A stretch of 61,972 bases of DNA from Octopus bimaculoides (taxonomy: Eukaryota): the NCBI RefSeq assembly GCF_001194135.2, contig NC_068987.1:37438867-37500838 (forward strand), in the 5' to 3' direction. Numbering within the stretch: the first letter of the stretch is position 1; the number at the start of each line of letters is the position of its first letter. Positions 1 to 12,640 of this stretch are shown in pieces. Below the pieces are notes generated by a model. It worked only from the letters and a program-made list of their open reading frames with translations. It was not told the origin of the DNA and made no database searches. The translations under genes and the position numbers were made by a program.

Positions 1-150
1 TAGGGTTATGATTATTTTTGCTATAACCTTAACCCTAACCCTATAACTCATAACCATAACCCTAACCCTAACCCTAACCCCAACCCTAACCCTAAAACCC
101 TAACCCTAACTCTAAAACCCGAACCCTAACCCTAAAACCCTAAACCCTTA
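1..150. repeat. Degenerate telomere-like (CCCTAA)n array, interstitial
   Basis: Runs of CCCTAA with variants (CCCTAAA, CCATAA, CCCCAA, CCCGAA). The window opens with the opposite-orientation TAGGGTTA. Confidence 0.9.
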
Positions 151-413
151 CTAGGGAATAATTATATACTTAAACAGGGAATAACACACTTGACACCGAA
201 CACCACTAACTGTATTCAGCTGAATAGACGTCAGTGAGTGGTTGAAATTACAGAAATACGACAACTTTAACATGAAATAACTTGTGATGTACAATTTTTT
301 TGTTAAGAAGGCTAAGAGAAAAAGTTGTTTTGTATGACACATTCTACCAGTGTCCCAAGTTTGAAAGTGTTTCGTTAAGAAAACAAGTGTTGGCCGTCAA
401 ATCATAAAGATCC
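1..413. mobile_element. Probable non-autonomous DNA element carrying the telomere-like array; left end outside window
   Basis: Non-coding sequence follows the array and ends abruptly at ...GGCCGTCAAATCATAAAGATCC before a TA microsatellite. The partner terminus is not visible. Confidence 0.35.
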
Positions 414-473
414 GTATGTATATATATATGTAAATATTTATGTAAATATATATATGCATGTGTATATGTTTGT

Positions 474-680
474 GTGTCTGTGTTTGTTCCCCCAACATCG
501 CTTGACAACCAATTATGGTGTGTCTACGTCCCCGTAACTTAGTGGTTCGGCAAAAGAAACCGATAGTATAAGTACTAGGCTTACAAAGAAGAAGTCCTGG
601 GGTCGATTTGCTCGACTAAAGGTGGTGCTCCAGCATGGCCGCAGTCAAATGACTGAAACAAGTAAAAGAGAGTAAAGAGT
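474..680 (+). mobile_element. SINE family A, 3' half
   Basis: Matches the reverse complement of 57119-57320 (…GTCCCCGTAACTTAG…GGGGTCGATTTGCTCGAC…CCAGCATGGCCGCAGTCAAATGACTGAAACAAGTAAAAGAG). Confidence 0.85.
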
Positions 681-708
681 ATGTAGATATATATATATAT
701 ATATACAT

Positions 709-730
709 GGGTTAGGGTTAGGGTTAGGGT
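709..730 (+). repeat. Short perfect (TTAGGG)n tract, ~3.7 units
   Basis: GGGTTAGGGTTAGGGTTAGGGT. Confidence 0.85.
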
Positions 731-810
731 CATACTAATATATACTTTTGTTATTTACACCACCTGTCCTCGTCTATTGTTATTTTTTGTATATTCTCCC
801 ATATATATAT
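731..810 (+). mobile_element. 3' tail fragment of the hammerhead-bearing repeat family seen at 12476-12640 and 23720-23880
   Basis: ATACTAATA…TACACCACCTGTCCTCGTC…TTTTTTG aligns by eye to the reverse complement of 12476-12560. Confidence 0.5.
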
Positions 811-1078
811 ACATGCATACGTATCAAACCCACACACCAAAAGATGATTTTATAAAGACACATGGGTTAGTTGGCTGGAACTTCGAAGTCATTGTCAACA
901 ACATTCTTATAGAAGAATAATGAATTTATTCTCTACAAAAGTATAAAGTAAGTTATCAGATTAAAATTGTTTTTATAACAGAGCGTAAAAACAAACATTA
1001 TTATTTCACACACACACACACACATGTATATATCAGGTTGAAATTGTTTTTATAACAGAACGTAAAAACAAACATTAC

Positions 1079-1109
<31 letters not shown>

Positions 1110-1599
1110 TATATCGGACAATGGATATGAGTTAGAATAAGAACAGTAATAAGCGAGTGAAGAACAAATATATAGTGTTTATTTGGGAAAAAAAAACAAA
1201 AACAGATAGAATTGACCGTCCTGAAATACAACAATATCTGTTCCAACATACGATTTCACATCAGGAGTCTTGCAACACACACTTCATAAACGTGTATATA
1301 TATATATATATAGAGAGAGAGAGATTATAAATGACGTAACATTTTTTAAAATGAACTTTTTATTTCCAGTTTTCCCTGTTATAGCATGAAACCGCACGGC
1401 CAGGGGGATCGTGAAGTTTTGTATAAAACAAAAGAACAAGACTTCTTTTCTTCAAGAGAAAGAAAAAGAGAAAGAAACAAAAAATACTAATAAATAGAAT
1501 TTTAAAATACAAACAAAGAGAACAGAGAGAACAGGATGAATAAAAAATAAACAAATAGAAGAAAATAAAATAGACTACACACTCAATCGTCAATCACTC

Positions 1600-2690
1600 A
1601 TAAAATCTTAATACAGTTCTACAAGAAGTGACACTAGAGGACTACCATGTGTTTACAGACTCATTGTAGAGCCTCCACCTTTTATAAAATTCCTCTTGCT
1701 TGCTTTCATTGTATGATCTGTTTCTTTCAATTAGATATCTGTCGTGCGCAAAGTATCTAAAAATGCTTGAAGTTGAGAGTGTTTTTTTTGCCACCTAGGG
1801 TTTTTATCTAATATTAGCAAGTCAAATATGCCAACAGTATATGTGGTTTTTCTGAATCCGAATAGAATGAGCTATGGGTCAAGTTTCATGTTGTGAACAT
1901 GGATGCACTTTTCATACAGCAAATCTAAGAAGCATTGTCAGAAGACTTGTACACATTTACAATACCAAAAAAGGTGTGACACCGTCTCCTGCCAAAAATC
2001 ATTCCGATAGTGTTAGCTAGTTTGCTCGGGAAAATGTTACCAAATACAGCTAAATTTTTCAGTTTTGTGGAGGAAGCATGGTATAAGAGTTTCCATTTGG
2101 ATTCACAGTGAATGTCCATCAACTTTCTCATCCAGGATAGTTTTAAAGAGTTGACGTAAGCAAAAGCTTCAACCATACCAAGTTCACCTTCTTTAACAGG
2201 CTTACAAGCAACAAGAGAAATTTAAATAATATTTTGTTTCGTTCCTGAAGAAATTTACCCGGTGGATTTGGTAGAGTAAGGAAGAGGCAGTTCAATTTTG
2301 AAATGAGTAGTGATATTATAACCGCAATTCTACCAAAATAATCACATACTGAGAACTAGATGGTAATAAACTTTGGAAGACAAGATTCAAAATTTCAAAA
2401 AATATCAGTGGATATTAATAATATATCTGTTTTACCCTTCTCTTGATTGGAAACCATTTTTGAGAATATTCAGCAGAGGATGTCAATAAACAAATAACTG
2501 TCTCTTTGGTTTACAGTGGACAAACTCATCTTCTTCTGTAGAATATATAAAGTGGTGGTGGAAGGGGGATCCCGTTCATCTGACGCAGGATGCGTTACTG
2601 AGAAGATAATTTGTTTATCCTACCATTGAAGCGATAATCCTTACAGTAAAGAGAGGTGTATTGTGAATTAATATTTGTCTGATTGAATAT
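1600..2690 (-). mobile_element. Decayed L1/Tx1-clade LINE ORF2 fragment (RT C-terminal region)
   Basis: ORF 1925-2176 reads GELGMVEAFAYVNSLKLSWMRKL, resembling the post-RT GGL..D......SLK..W motif. A degraded GDPL motif lies near 2560-2590. Many frameshifts. Confidence 0.6.
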
Positions 2691-2727
2691 ATAGTCAACT
2701 AATTGTCCAATATTTCTCTCTTCGTAG

Positions 2728-2880
2728 ATTTCTTGGAAAATATTGATCGGGCCAATCAGTTTTTGAAAATGAAAATGGTCGGAATAATATCGCGAACAAG
2801 TGATGATGAAGATCTTTTGTCAGATGCCGGAAGCGGAAATGGTGCGCCCGTTTCATCGAAACGCAATTTATACCTTTATA
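2728..2880 (+). CDS. Putative internal coding exon (phase 1-1) of a host gene, probably extracellular: (D)FLENIDRANQFLKMKMVGIISRTSDDEDLLSDAGSGNGAPVSSKRNLYLY
   Basis: Branch-like CTAAT, then TTTCTCTCTTCGTAG acceptor (AG 2726-2727) and TA|GTAAGT donor (2881). Length 153 nt, only one frame open, unique non-repeat sequence. Confidence 0.65.
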
Positions 2881-3373
2881 GTAAGTGTTCCTTCGCCAAT
2901 AAAACTTTATATTATATACGCATATGTATGTAAACACACACACGCACACACACACACACACGCACACACACACGCACACACATGCACACACACGCGCGCG
3001 CGCGCACACACACACACATATACATGTGTGTGTAAGTGTATATGCATATACATATTTCACGTTAAGTAACTTGATCTGAGATCGTGTGCTGAAACAAAAA
3101 CAGTTACAGCGAGGAAGGTGTTTATAAGCCATTTGAAAACACACTATTATATTATTTCCCATAAATGGTGTACAAAGAGGGGGACAGCACAAACAAATTT
3201 GAGGTCGACAAATGAGATAAAAATTTACATGGGATATGTGCTTAATCGAATGATAAACAGAAACAATAATTACAGACACAAGAAACAAATGAGACAAAAG
3301 TAAACAGGTATGCTCCGACCCCACAAGCCCTGTCTTTTCGTCGACACCTTGTTTTTTTTCCTTTATGACGCGT

Positions 3374-6300
3374 TCACGCAGGGTCTTTCCCACCCAGCAT
3401 CAGTGCAACACGCATCCATCGTTTTTTAAACACACTCTCAGACAGACATCTTATTTCCAACCCCATTTTTCTTTTCAAGTGACACTTAAAAAAGTCCACA
3501 TCTTGGACAGGTCGACGGCCCAGGCTGGCCGTGTCTGGTGAGTTTATCCCGAACCGGTAAAGGTCCTCTGTAATACTGCCAGGCCAAAGACTTTTGGAAG
3601 TTATCCAGTGTCTTCGGCCCGAGTGTTCTTCGGAACTGGTTGTCCAACAGAATATCATCGAGACCCAAAGTCCTTTCCAGGCCATCGTCATTTCCTACCT
3701 CTACCAACCCTCTATAAAAAAATGCGGTGGTACCGAGACCGCTGGCATTGCCCGAGTCCTGGAACTGGAGGAGTGCCGCAAGGCACTCCGTATANNNNNN
3801 NNNNNNNNNNNNNNNNNNNNNNNNNNNNNNNNNNNNNNNNNNNNNNNNNNNNNNNNNNNNNNNNNNNNNNNNNNNNNNNNNNNNNNNNNNNNNNNNNNNN
3901 NNNNNNNNNNNNNNNNNNNNNNNNNNNNNNNNNNNNNNNNNNNNNNNNNNNNNNNNNNNNNNNNNNNNNNNNNNNNNNNNNNNNNNNNNNNNNNNNNNNN
4001 NNNNNNNNNNNNNNNNNNNNNNNNNNNNNNNNNNNNNNNNNNNNNNNNNNCTCCGTATACCATGAAGCCAACTTTGATCTACGAGTAACCCAGTTTTCTC
4101 CAACGCCAAAACCGCTGATGCCGGGGAACAACCGTCTAGCGAGCGGAGATCACACCCGTTCACCATCCAGGTAAATCCAGAGGTGCCTCAGCCCCAACGC
4201 GTGTCTGCGCATCATCAGCCATGGCATCCCCAACCCACCCTTCAAAGGCTCCTGGCAGCAAATAGAACGTCTTACAAGTGGGGTGGCGCCCTTCCACAAA
4301 AAGCGAAAGATTAGCCTCTCCAACTTGCTTAACCACAAACGTGGACAAGGAACGATGGTCAGGCGGCAGGTGATGACCGATGCGATAAACACATTGGCCA
4401 CCTCCGCCCTCCCTTTCAAGGACAGCCACCGCCAAGACCAAGTTTTGACTATGTGGCCCAACTTGCCCGTTACCTTAGACCAGTTCTTTTCTATTTGGAG
4501 ATCCGGACCAATCCAGATTCCTAGCAACTTAACCGGGCCCTCCGTCCAGCGCCCTACAACGCTATTCAAAGGCATCGACTTGCTCCTCCAGGTGCCGAGT
4601 TGCAAGCCGACTGATTTTTCCCGGTTAATCTTTGCTCCTGCCACCGTCTCGTAAACCTTAATGGTTTCACCTACTTGATGCAGGTGTTCCATCTTGGTCA
4701 CGATGATAGTAATGTCATCCGCGTACGCCGTAGCAGATCCTCCACCTTCTGGGTTCGTCGGTATGTCACTCAGCTTTCTCAGCAATGGCTCGAGAGCCAT
4801 TACGTATAAAAGAGGAGAGAGTGTACACCCTTGGCGAACCGACCGTTTGATACGGAACGGCTTAGAAAGAAAACCGTTTACANNNNNNNNNNNNNNNNNN
4901 NNNNNNNNNNNNNNNNNNNNNNNNNNNNNNNNNNNNNNNNNNNNNNNNNNNNNNNNNNNNNNNNNNNNNNNNNNNNNNNNNNNNNNNNNNNNNNNNNNNN
5001 NNNNNNNNNNNNNNNNNNNNNNNNNNNNNNNNNNNNNNNNNNNNNNNNNNNNNNNNNNNNNNNNNNNNNNNNNNNNNNNNNNNNNNNNNNNNNNNNNNNN
5101 NNNNNNNNNNNNNNNNNNNNNNNNNNNNNNNNNNNNNNNNNNNNNNNNNNNNNNNNNNNNNNNNNNNNNNNNNNNNNNNNNNNNNNNNNNNNNNNNNNNN
5201 NNNNNNNNNNNNNNNNNNNNNNNNNNNNNNNNNNNNNNNNNNNNNNNNNNNNNNNNNNNNNNNNNNNNNNNNNNNNNNNNNNNNNNNNNNNNNNNNNNNN
5301 NNNNNNNNNNNNNNNNNNNNNNNNNNNNNNNNNNNNNNNNNNNNNNNNNNNNNNNNNNNNNNNNNNNNNNNNNNNNNNNNNNNNNNNNNNNNNNNNNNNN
5401 NNNNNNNNNNNNNNNNNNNNNNNNNNNNNNNNNNNNNNNNNNNNNNNNNNNNNNNNNNNNNNNNNNNNNNNNNNTGGGCAAAGTGCTCCTGAAACGTCTG
5501 ACACATCTCCTCTGGTTCGTTCACCGTATCACCTTGTGAGTTCACCACAGATTGAATTGTGGAATCATTTCCACGTTGGGCTTCCGCAACTCGTGCCCAT
5601 CCAGCGGCCCTGATGCCCTCGCTCCCCATTGCACGAAGTCTAGCTCTGACGATACAACCCATATGCTTGGCTTCGAGGTGCTGGTTTAATTCCAGTCTCT
5701 TCACCTTCACCTGAGATGCGTCGCCAGCCCTCATGGCTTCTTCTAATGCCTTAACTAAGTCCATTTTCTTCTTATGCCTTCTAGCCACTAAACCTGTACT
5801 ATATCTAATAGACTCAAATTTGATGGCTCTTTTGAGGGCGTACCACCATTTGTTGTTAATGATGGTACCAGTTAATGCCCTCTGTATTATTAACCTAATC
5901 CTACTCCTGTACTCCTCAATAGCCAAATGGGTTTTATTGAGTTTCCAGTAGCCAGACCCTCGCTACTTAACTTATCTAGATGCAGTTTGCATGTGATCAT
6001 TTTGTGATCACTGTAACTGACCAGATGAAGTTGTGGACACGTAACAAGTTCTTTATCTATTTTTCTAATAAGGATTCTATCTATGTAAGACTTAAAAGAC
6101 CCGTCGCTATTTTACCACGTCCACTGAGAAGCGTTCAGGAATTCCAGTCGGCAGGGATCTACTAGCTGAAAGCGACTTAGTAGATCATGGAAGCCACTGT
6201 TCGGTTTCCTAGAATTAGAGCCAATACTATCCACTCGCGCATCGAGAATAGCATTGAAGTCACCTAACACAACTATGGAACGTGACGTACCCAGAAACTT

Positions 6301-6471
6301 CTTCAAATCTCGAAAATACTCAGTCGAACTGCAATTGGGTGCATATATTGCCACCAACCTGATTTCTTTACCACAACTGAACTTCAGATCGAAGACGACC
6401 AGCCTACCTTCTGGATCAACAAAAAACAACTTTTTCTCTGAAACTCGGTTTCTTTTAAGGAGGACCAACAC
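3374..6471 (-). pseudogene. Tx1-like ORF2 (APE endonuclease, reverse transcriptase, C-terminal Cys motif), disrupted
   Basis: EN: RLVAIYAPN and VVLGDFNAILD. RT: SVRQGCTLSPLLY, AYADDITII, KINREKS, GGLGMP. C-terminal CPRCG. Confidence 0.9.
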
Positions 6472-6580
6472 CCCACCCCGCCTCCTGGACGGTGCGGAGA
6501 GACGAATCTCTCGTAGCCCTCGAGAAGCGGGAGCAGATCTCTTGGCCCCTTTAACCGAGTTTCAGTAGCAGCAATAGCAT

Positions 6581-7766
6581 CTAAACTACGTGACGTGACG
6601 TCGTTAAGGAAACGGCCCTGCTTCCAGCTCGATTGGGCGCCTTCGCTTTCTTGGGAGGCCGAGGTTCGATTCTCTCTCCTTCTTCTCTGAACGTACTTGG
6701 CCTCATTTTTCTTTTTAATTCTTTCATTTTCCAATCCTCCTTTGGGATTGGCGTATCGCTTCGTGCGCCCTCGTCTTCTGACGACACCTCTCGCAGTTGT
6801 ATCTTTCTTTTCTCCTCCTCCTTTTTGCAGTCTTGTCTTATGCCACACAAGAAACATCTCGGCTGGCGACCCTCCACCATGACTGCTAGACGGGTCTCCT
6901 CAACTGAGATGAACTCAGTTATGTCTTCTAGTGTTGCCTGTTCAGCCTGGATAGTGATTTTAATGCATTGGCCATGCCAGTTTTGGGCTTCCATTACTTC
7001 TGCGTCCAAAATTGTGATTTTTTCCTTCAAACCGTCTGTTACAGCTGCCACCACCCACTCTGGATCCATCTCTGGAGGCACACCTTTGATGTTGATTTTT
7101 GACGTCCTTCTACCCATGTAAATAGGTAGAAGAACAACGTCGTCGGTTTTTAAAGGGTTTATGGAGTGGAGACGGACCAGTTCCTCGTCTCCATCCTCAC
7201 CTCTATTGTGGAAAATTTCTTCCCTCCTGTCAAATATTTTATGTTTTGCCATATTGGCTTTAAACATTTTTCGACCTCTTTTTCTACCACAACATCGATC
7301 TTCTTTTGTTTCACATTCCAGGTTTGAATATTATTGTTTTTTTTTCTCTGTATTTTCTATTATTTCCTTTGGGGGTTTTCACTCTTGTTTCGTAACCATC
7401 TCTTGTAAGTAATTCTTTATATTTGTCTAGATTTTCCACATTAATATAAAGATTTTTTCCACCTGCGGCAGCAGCGAAATTTATAGTTGTTCTTTCGTTT
7501 TCATTATCGTTAGTTGCCAAACTTGCTACCTGAATATTTCTTCTTATATTTGTTCGTATTTTCTGTGCTTCATCGTCCGATTCTATCAATGTGTTCTCCA
7601 CTATTCTTTCCAACTCCTCTTCAGAAATGCTGGCTTCAATGCCTGCCATTGTTTTGGTTTTCCCCACACGGGGAGAAACCATAAACAATTTCACGTACAA
7701 AAACCAGAAATAACAATAAAGTTTAACAAATTTTCCACAAAAATAATCACTCCTCCACGACAACAC
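6581..7766 (-). pseudogene. Tx1-like ORF1 (RRM-like region plus degenerate zinc knuckle), frameshifted
   Basis: ORFs 7311-7766 and 6581-7267. KINIKGVPPEMDPEWVVAAV and PRCFLCGIRQDCK (knuckle lacking the His segment) lie upstream of the EN domain. Confidence 0.7.
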
Positions 7767-7924
7767 AACTCAATAACGCAACGCAATTTCAAAAATCCAA
7801 CACAGGCAAAATCCAGATGACATTTAAAAACAGACAAAAACCGTTAGATTCACTTCAATATTTAAATTTAATGTCATTGAACAGATACACACACGCACAC
7901 ACACACACACGCGCNNNNNNNNNN

Positions 7925-7973
<49 letters not shown>

Positions 7974-8089
7974 TGATTTGGATTTCGAATCCCAGTATGA
8001 GAGAGTGCTACATTGCTTGAATTGCAGTTACCATCGATCGGTTGTGAGTCCTGTACTCCGCCTTGTCCAGGCCATTGACCTCACTACCG

Positions 8090-8700
8090 CACACCCTATT
8101 ATATTTACACATAACTTACAGAACAAATTCCACTCTTGCTCACTTTCCACCCGTCACTTCTCTCTTTGAAATTCATTCGCAACTTCCAAATCGGACCCTC
8201 TGACTTCACAACTGCTCCAGCCTTTTCTGTATCACGTCTCCTCACCTCCAAGAAATGTAACAACTTGGGTAACCTCCTAGTTAGAAACTTCATAGTGTGC
8301 GGCCACACACATGTAGACACTTTTAAATGCACTCACTGATTCTACAACGACTGCCCTTACATTAACAACGCTACAAATATCACCGGTCCTAAGTTGCATC
8401 ATCACAAAACCTCTGCTGCGCATCTTCCAACCTCGTATATTGCATCATCTACAAATTTTCATCGCTCTTTACATTTCGAAAACAGCCCATCACCTTGCCG
8501 ATAGATTTCGTGTACACCTTCGAAGCACATTACCACATACGACCGGCCAACCCGTCACCACCCACTTCAGCGTAAGGATTCATTCCATTAACCATTTATC
8601 CGTGCGCAGCATCTCTGTATACCATCGATCTGCACACTAAAGATATCGGAAGTAACAACGTTTTATATTCAAAGTTGGAAGCGCATTTCCGGCGGTTTTA
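8090..8700 (+). mobile_element. Penelope-like element fragment (linker plus GIY-YIG endonuclease), decayed
   Basis: LTFHP…NLGNLLVRN linker (ORF 8136-8339) followed by LADRFRVHLRS…GQPVTTHFS (ORF 8440-8640). Confidence 0.8.
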
Positions 8701-9429
8701 AATAAAGTGCATGTCCTTCTACTCATTCACCTGCCTCTTAGTTCAGGAATCCTCGATTATTATCTTTCACCTTCACTCTTGCATAAAATTTTACCTCTAC
8801 CTCATTCCCGCCAGCTTCTTTTTCTCTTTACTTCTCTCTTTATCACCAAGCTTTTCTCTCCTTCTATTCATACCTACGTAGGCAGGTTCACGATATCTTG
8901 CGTTCTCCATCAGTTACAGCCAACCATAGAAGGTGTAAAACCCTACAGTCTTTTCTTTTCTCCCCGCTGGCATCTTAACTCTGAAGCAAGACTTTGATAG
9001 AAAGGTTGCATGCTTCAAACCCCACAACAATTTCACTGTATTATTTTTGTTTATTTTTCCAGATTATACAAATTCTGCAAATGCGGACCTTGATGCTACC
9101 TTGTATGTATGCACATCAGTCTGTCTGTCTGTCTGTCTGTATTATGTATGTATGTATGTATGTATGTATGTATGTATGTATGTATGTACGTGAGTATATA
9201 CACGTGCATATGTGTATATAGATTGACTTTCACTGATATCACAAACATCTCACTATGAAAGGAAGCTGCTCTTTCGTAAAGAAACTCTCCTACTTTTACT
9301 GGCCACCAAGTTTCCGATTATCCCCACCAAATTTAACAAGAAACATTTTATTTTAGTTTTGCTTTTGCCTTCGTTGGTCACCGAGTTATTTGCATCTATG
9401 TATTTGTTTCTCATGTAACATACGTGTAT

Positions 9430-9560
9430 TTTATCTTTTCCTTGTTTCTGTCATTAGATGTGGCAATTCTGGGGTACCACCTTAAAATCTTTTAGTCGAA
9501 TGAATCGACCCCAGTACTTTTTTCTTTAAAGCCTGCTACACATTCTATCGGTCTCTTTCT
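9430..9560 (-). mobile_element. SINE family A, diverged 3' fragment
   Basis: TTTTCCTTGTTTCTGTCATT…TTTAGTCGAATGAATCGACCCCAGTAC…TTCTATCGGTCTC. Confidence 0.6.
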
Positions 9561-9765
9561 GGTTTCTCCCTTCAGTGTAGTCTGTTGGTGTTTCTTAATT
9601 TCTCTACTTATATTTCACTTATTTATTGTTCATACGAAAGTCTATATGATACGATCTTGTTATTCAGCATAAATAGTTTAATTATCTGATGTTATTAAAA
9701 TTGTTAATAGTTAAATAGTTAAACCTTGTACCGGGATCACTGTGTTTTCATAAGAAAGACCACGA

Positions 9766-10600
9766 TACAAGGGTTATATCGAAACAAATGTAAAAGGGGG
9801 CATAACTTTAACTGACAGCGCGTTCAAATAGCTCATGTTGATGGAGCAACTCTTCTTTCTGGGCTACTAAAGAGGTTTCAAAAAGAAACAAGTGCTCTAT
9901 TCGAGTTCTTGACAGAAGAAGTATACAGGCAGCCGACATCCTCAGAGGGATATTGGTTGTTTAGTGAGAGAATACCATTTACAAGAGTAATGACAACAGT
10001 TAGATGAAGTTCAAAAAACGAAAAATCAGTTTTAAAAGCAATCCACGGGTAGGAGACCATTATATTACAATCACTGGCATGAATCGTCAGCGAGTGATCG
10101 AATTGATTCATGCGAACAATTGTGCAGGAAGCTCGGACTGTGGTCACCATGCATAAGAATAGACGGTGGAAGGATTTGATCACAGAAAAGTGGAGGCAAA
10201 GTTGATATCTCGACAGTTGACTCTTGATTTCAAGGACGGAAAAGTGAAAGTCTGCTCTGATACGCCGGAAACGTTTCAAGCTAATGAAGACGTATATTTT
10301 TCCCGATCTCCAACAAGCGCTGGAGCGTAGGCGTATCTTCATAGCATAAGAAGTTCAAGAACCACTGATCGACACACTAAATTATGATGACAGATTTTTT
10401 GAGATGACAAAGGCTCATTATCTTTTATTTTCATGAACGTGAATCTTCATTTCATTACGTACTTCATGCTCAAGGTAGGCAGAATGATGAAATCTCGTGT
10501 TTTCTACTCAAGCGTGATTTTATTACTTCATGGCACGAATTAAGTTTTTGGGAATAAAGTGCTTTGACGAATTCTTTTAGTTGTGCCAATATTACAGATA
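9766..10600 (+). mobile_element. Decayed mariner-type transposon
   Basis: TA-CAAGGG terminus-like start. Fragmentary readings resemble the mariner HTH (…ALFEFLTEE…), the GRP motif and K.M.T.FWDDKG. Many indels. Confidence 0.6.
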
Positions 10601-10874
10601 CTTTTCTCAAATGAAGCAAACTATCATTCAGTATTTGCTTGAGCGTCAACTTGGGATTCTGCATGAGCTAGACTCAAACACACGCTTCGATAGAAGTTTT
10701 GAATTATAAAGACAGGCACAAGCGAGCGCATATATACAAACACACGTACATACATACATATATACATACACACACACACTCATATATATATATATAGATA
10801 CACATACATACATGCATACATACATACATATATACATACATACATACATACATACATACATACATACACACACG

Positions 10875-10942
<68 letters not shown>

Positions 10943-11464
10943 CATGCATACATACATACACACATACATACATACATACATACATACATACATACACACA
11001 TACATACATACATACATATATACATACATACATAAAAGCACATCTGTGTGTAAACATTTGAATGTGTATGTGTGTATAAAACAATTCCATAATGTGCAAA
11101 TATCAATTAACACTTGACCTTTTTGTTTTCCAGCGTTTGTAATAATCTGTCCGCCTCAATCTGTCATGATGATTTCGCACGTGTTCGTGATACTAACCTT
11201 ATTAATGTGACCTACAAACTCATAGCAGCAATGCTTTGTGACCCTAATAATATACATTCTACACAGATGTACGCACACATATGCACAGATATACTCACGC
11301 ACACGCACGCACACAAACGCGACCGTGCGCGCAATTACACACACACTTACACACACACACTTACGCACTGAAATAGATGCAAATACATCAGAAATTCTTT
11401 GGGTTATATCTGTAAATATTCTGATATGCATGTGTATGTGTATGTATGTATCTTTCTGTCTGTT

Positions 11465-11520
<56 letters not shown>

Positions 11521-12475
11521 NNNNNNNNNNNNNNNNNNNNNNNNNNNNNNNNNNNNNNNNNNNNNNNNNNNNNNNNNNNNNNNNNNNNNNNNNNNNNNNN
11601 NNNNNNNNNNNNNNNNNNNNNNNNNNNNNNNNNNNNNNNNNNNNNNNNNNNNNNNNNNNNNNNNNNNNNNNNNNNNNNNNNNNNNNNNNNNNNNNNNNNN
11701 NNNNNNNNNNNNNNNNNNNNNNNNNNNNNNNNNNNNNNNNNNNNNNNNNNNNNNNNNNNNNNNNNNNNNNNNNNNNNNNNNNNNNNNNNNNNNNNNNNNN
11801 NNNNNNNNNNNNNNNNNNNNNNNNNNNNNNNNNNNNNNNNNNNNNNNNNNNNNNNNNNNNNNNNNNNNNNNNNNNNNNNNNNNNNNNNNNNNNNNNNNNN
11901 NNNNNNNNNNNNNNNNNNNNNNNNNNNNNNNNNNNNNNNNNNNNNNNNNNNNNNNNNNNNNNNNNNNNNNNNNNNNNNNNNNNNNNNNNNNNNNNNNNNN
12001 NNNNNNNNNNNNNNNNNNNNNNNNNNNNNNNNNNNNNNNNNNNNNNNNNNNNNNNNNNNNNNNNNNNNNNNNNNNNNNNNNNNNNNNNNNNNNNNNNNNN
12101 NNNNNNNNNNNNNNNNNNNNNNNNNNNNNNNNNNNNNNNNNNNNNNNNNNNNNNNNNNNNNNNNNNNNNNNNNNNNNNNNNNNNNNNNNNNNNNNNNNNN
12201 NNNNNNNNNNNNNNNNNNNNNNNNNNNNNNNNNNNNNNNNNNNNNNNNNNNNNNNNNNNNNNNNNNNNNNNNNNNNNNNNNNNNNNNNNNNNNNNNNNNN
12301 NNNNNNNNNNNNNNNNNNNNNNNNNNNNNNNNNNNNNNNNNNNNNNNNNNNNNNNNNNNNNNNNNNNNNNNNNNNNNNNNNNNNNNNNNNNNNNNNNNNN
12401 NNNNNNNNNNNNNNNNNNNNNNNNNNNNNNNNNNNNNNNNNNNNNNNNNNNNNNNNNNNNNNNNNNNNNNNNNNN

Positions 12476-12640
12476 TATATATAGGAAGAATTCACAAAAA
12501 AAGACAACTGACGAAGACAGGTAGTGTAGAAAACAAACAGATGTATTAGTATAACGCTCGGGAGTTGAAAAAGTCTTTAACGTTTCGAGCCTACGCTCTT
12601 CCACAGAAAGGAACACAGAAAGAAACAAGGAGAGAAAAAA
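12476..12640 (-). mobile_element. Penelope-type terminal-repeat (pLTR-like) fragment with hammerhead-like motif
   Basis: Same family as 23720-23880. Contains GAGCGTAGGCTCGAAACGTTAAAG. Confidence 0.6.
12575..12610 (-). ncRNA. Minimal hammerhead-like motif, core variant CUGUGGA
   Basis: CTTT-CTGTGGA-A-GAGC(GTAG)GCTC-GAAA-CG-TT-AAAG. Helix I is 4 bp, helix II is 4 bp, helix III is palindromic ACGT. Core A6 is replaced by U. Confidence 0.5.

Larger units (their letters stand above)
3100..7820 (-). mobile_element. Near full-length Tx1-like (L1 clade) non-LTR retrotransposon, frameshifted, two internal gaps
   Basis: ORF1, APE endonuclease, RT and C-terminal Cys motif occur in the expected order on the minus strand. 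Confidence 0.9.

Noticed and set aside
1-150. True chromosome end
   Set aside because: The array is degenerate, short and preceded by an opposite-orientation repeat. It is interstitial.
2728-2880. Perlecan (HSPG2) assignment from the DDEDLL.D..SG resemblance
   Set aside because: Only a short low-complexity motif matches. No SEA, LDL-A, laminin or Ig exons were found in the window.
8975-9010. Hammerhead remnant downstream of the Penelope fragment (CTGAAGCAAGAC…GAAA)
   Set aside because: Core and helix II are too degraded to call.
10646-12628. Long ORFs of YIYI/CVCV/HTHT type and ORFs spanning X runs (here and throughout the window)
   Set aside because: They are translations of microsatellites and N-gaps, not proteins.
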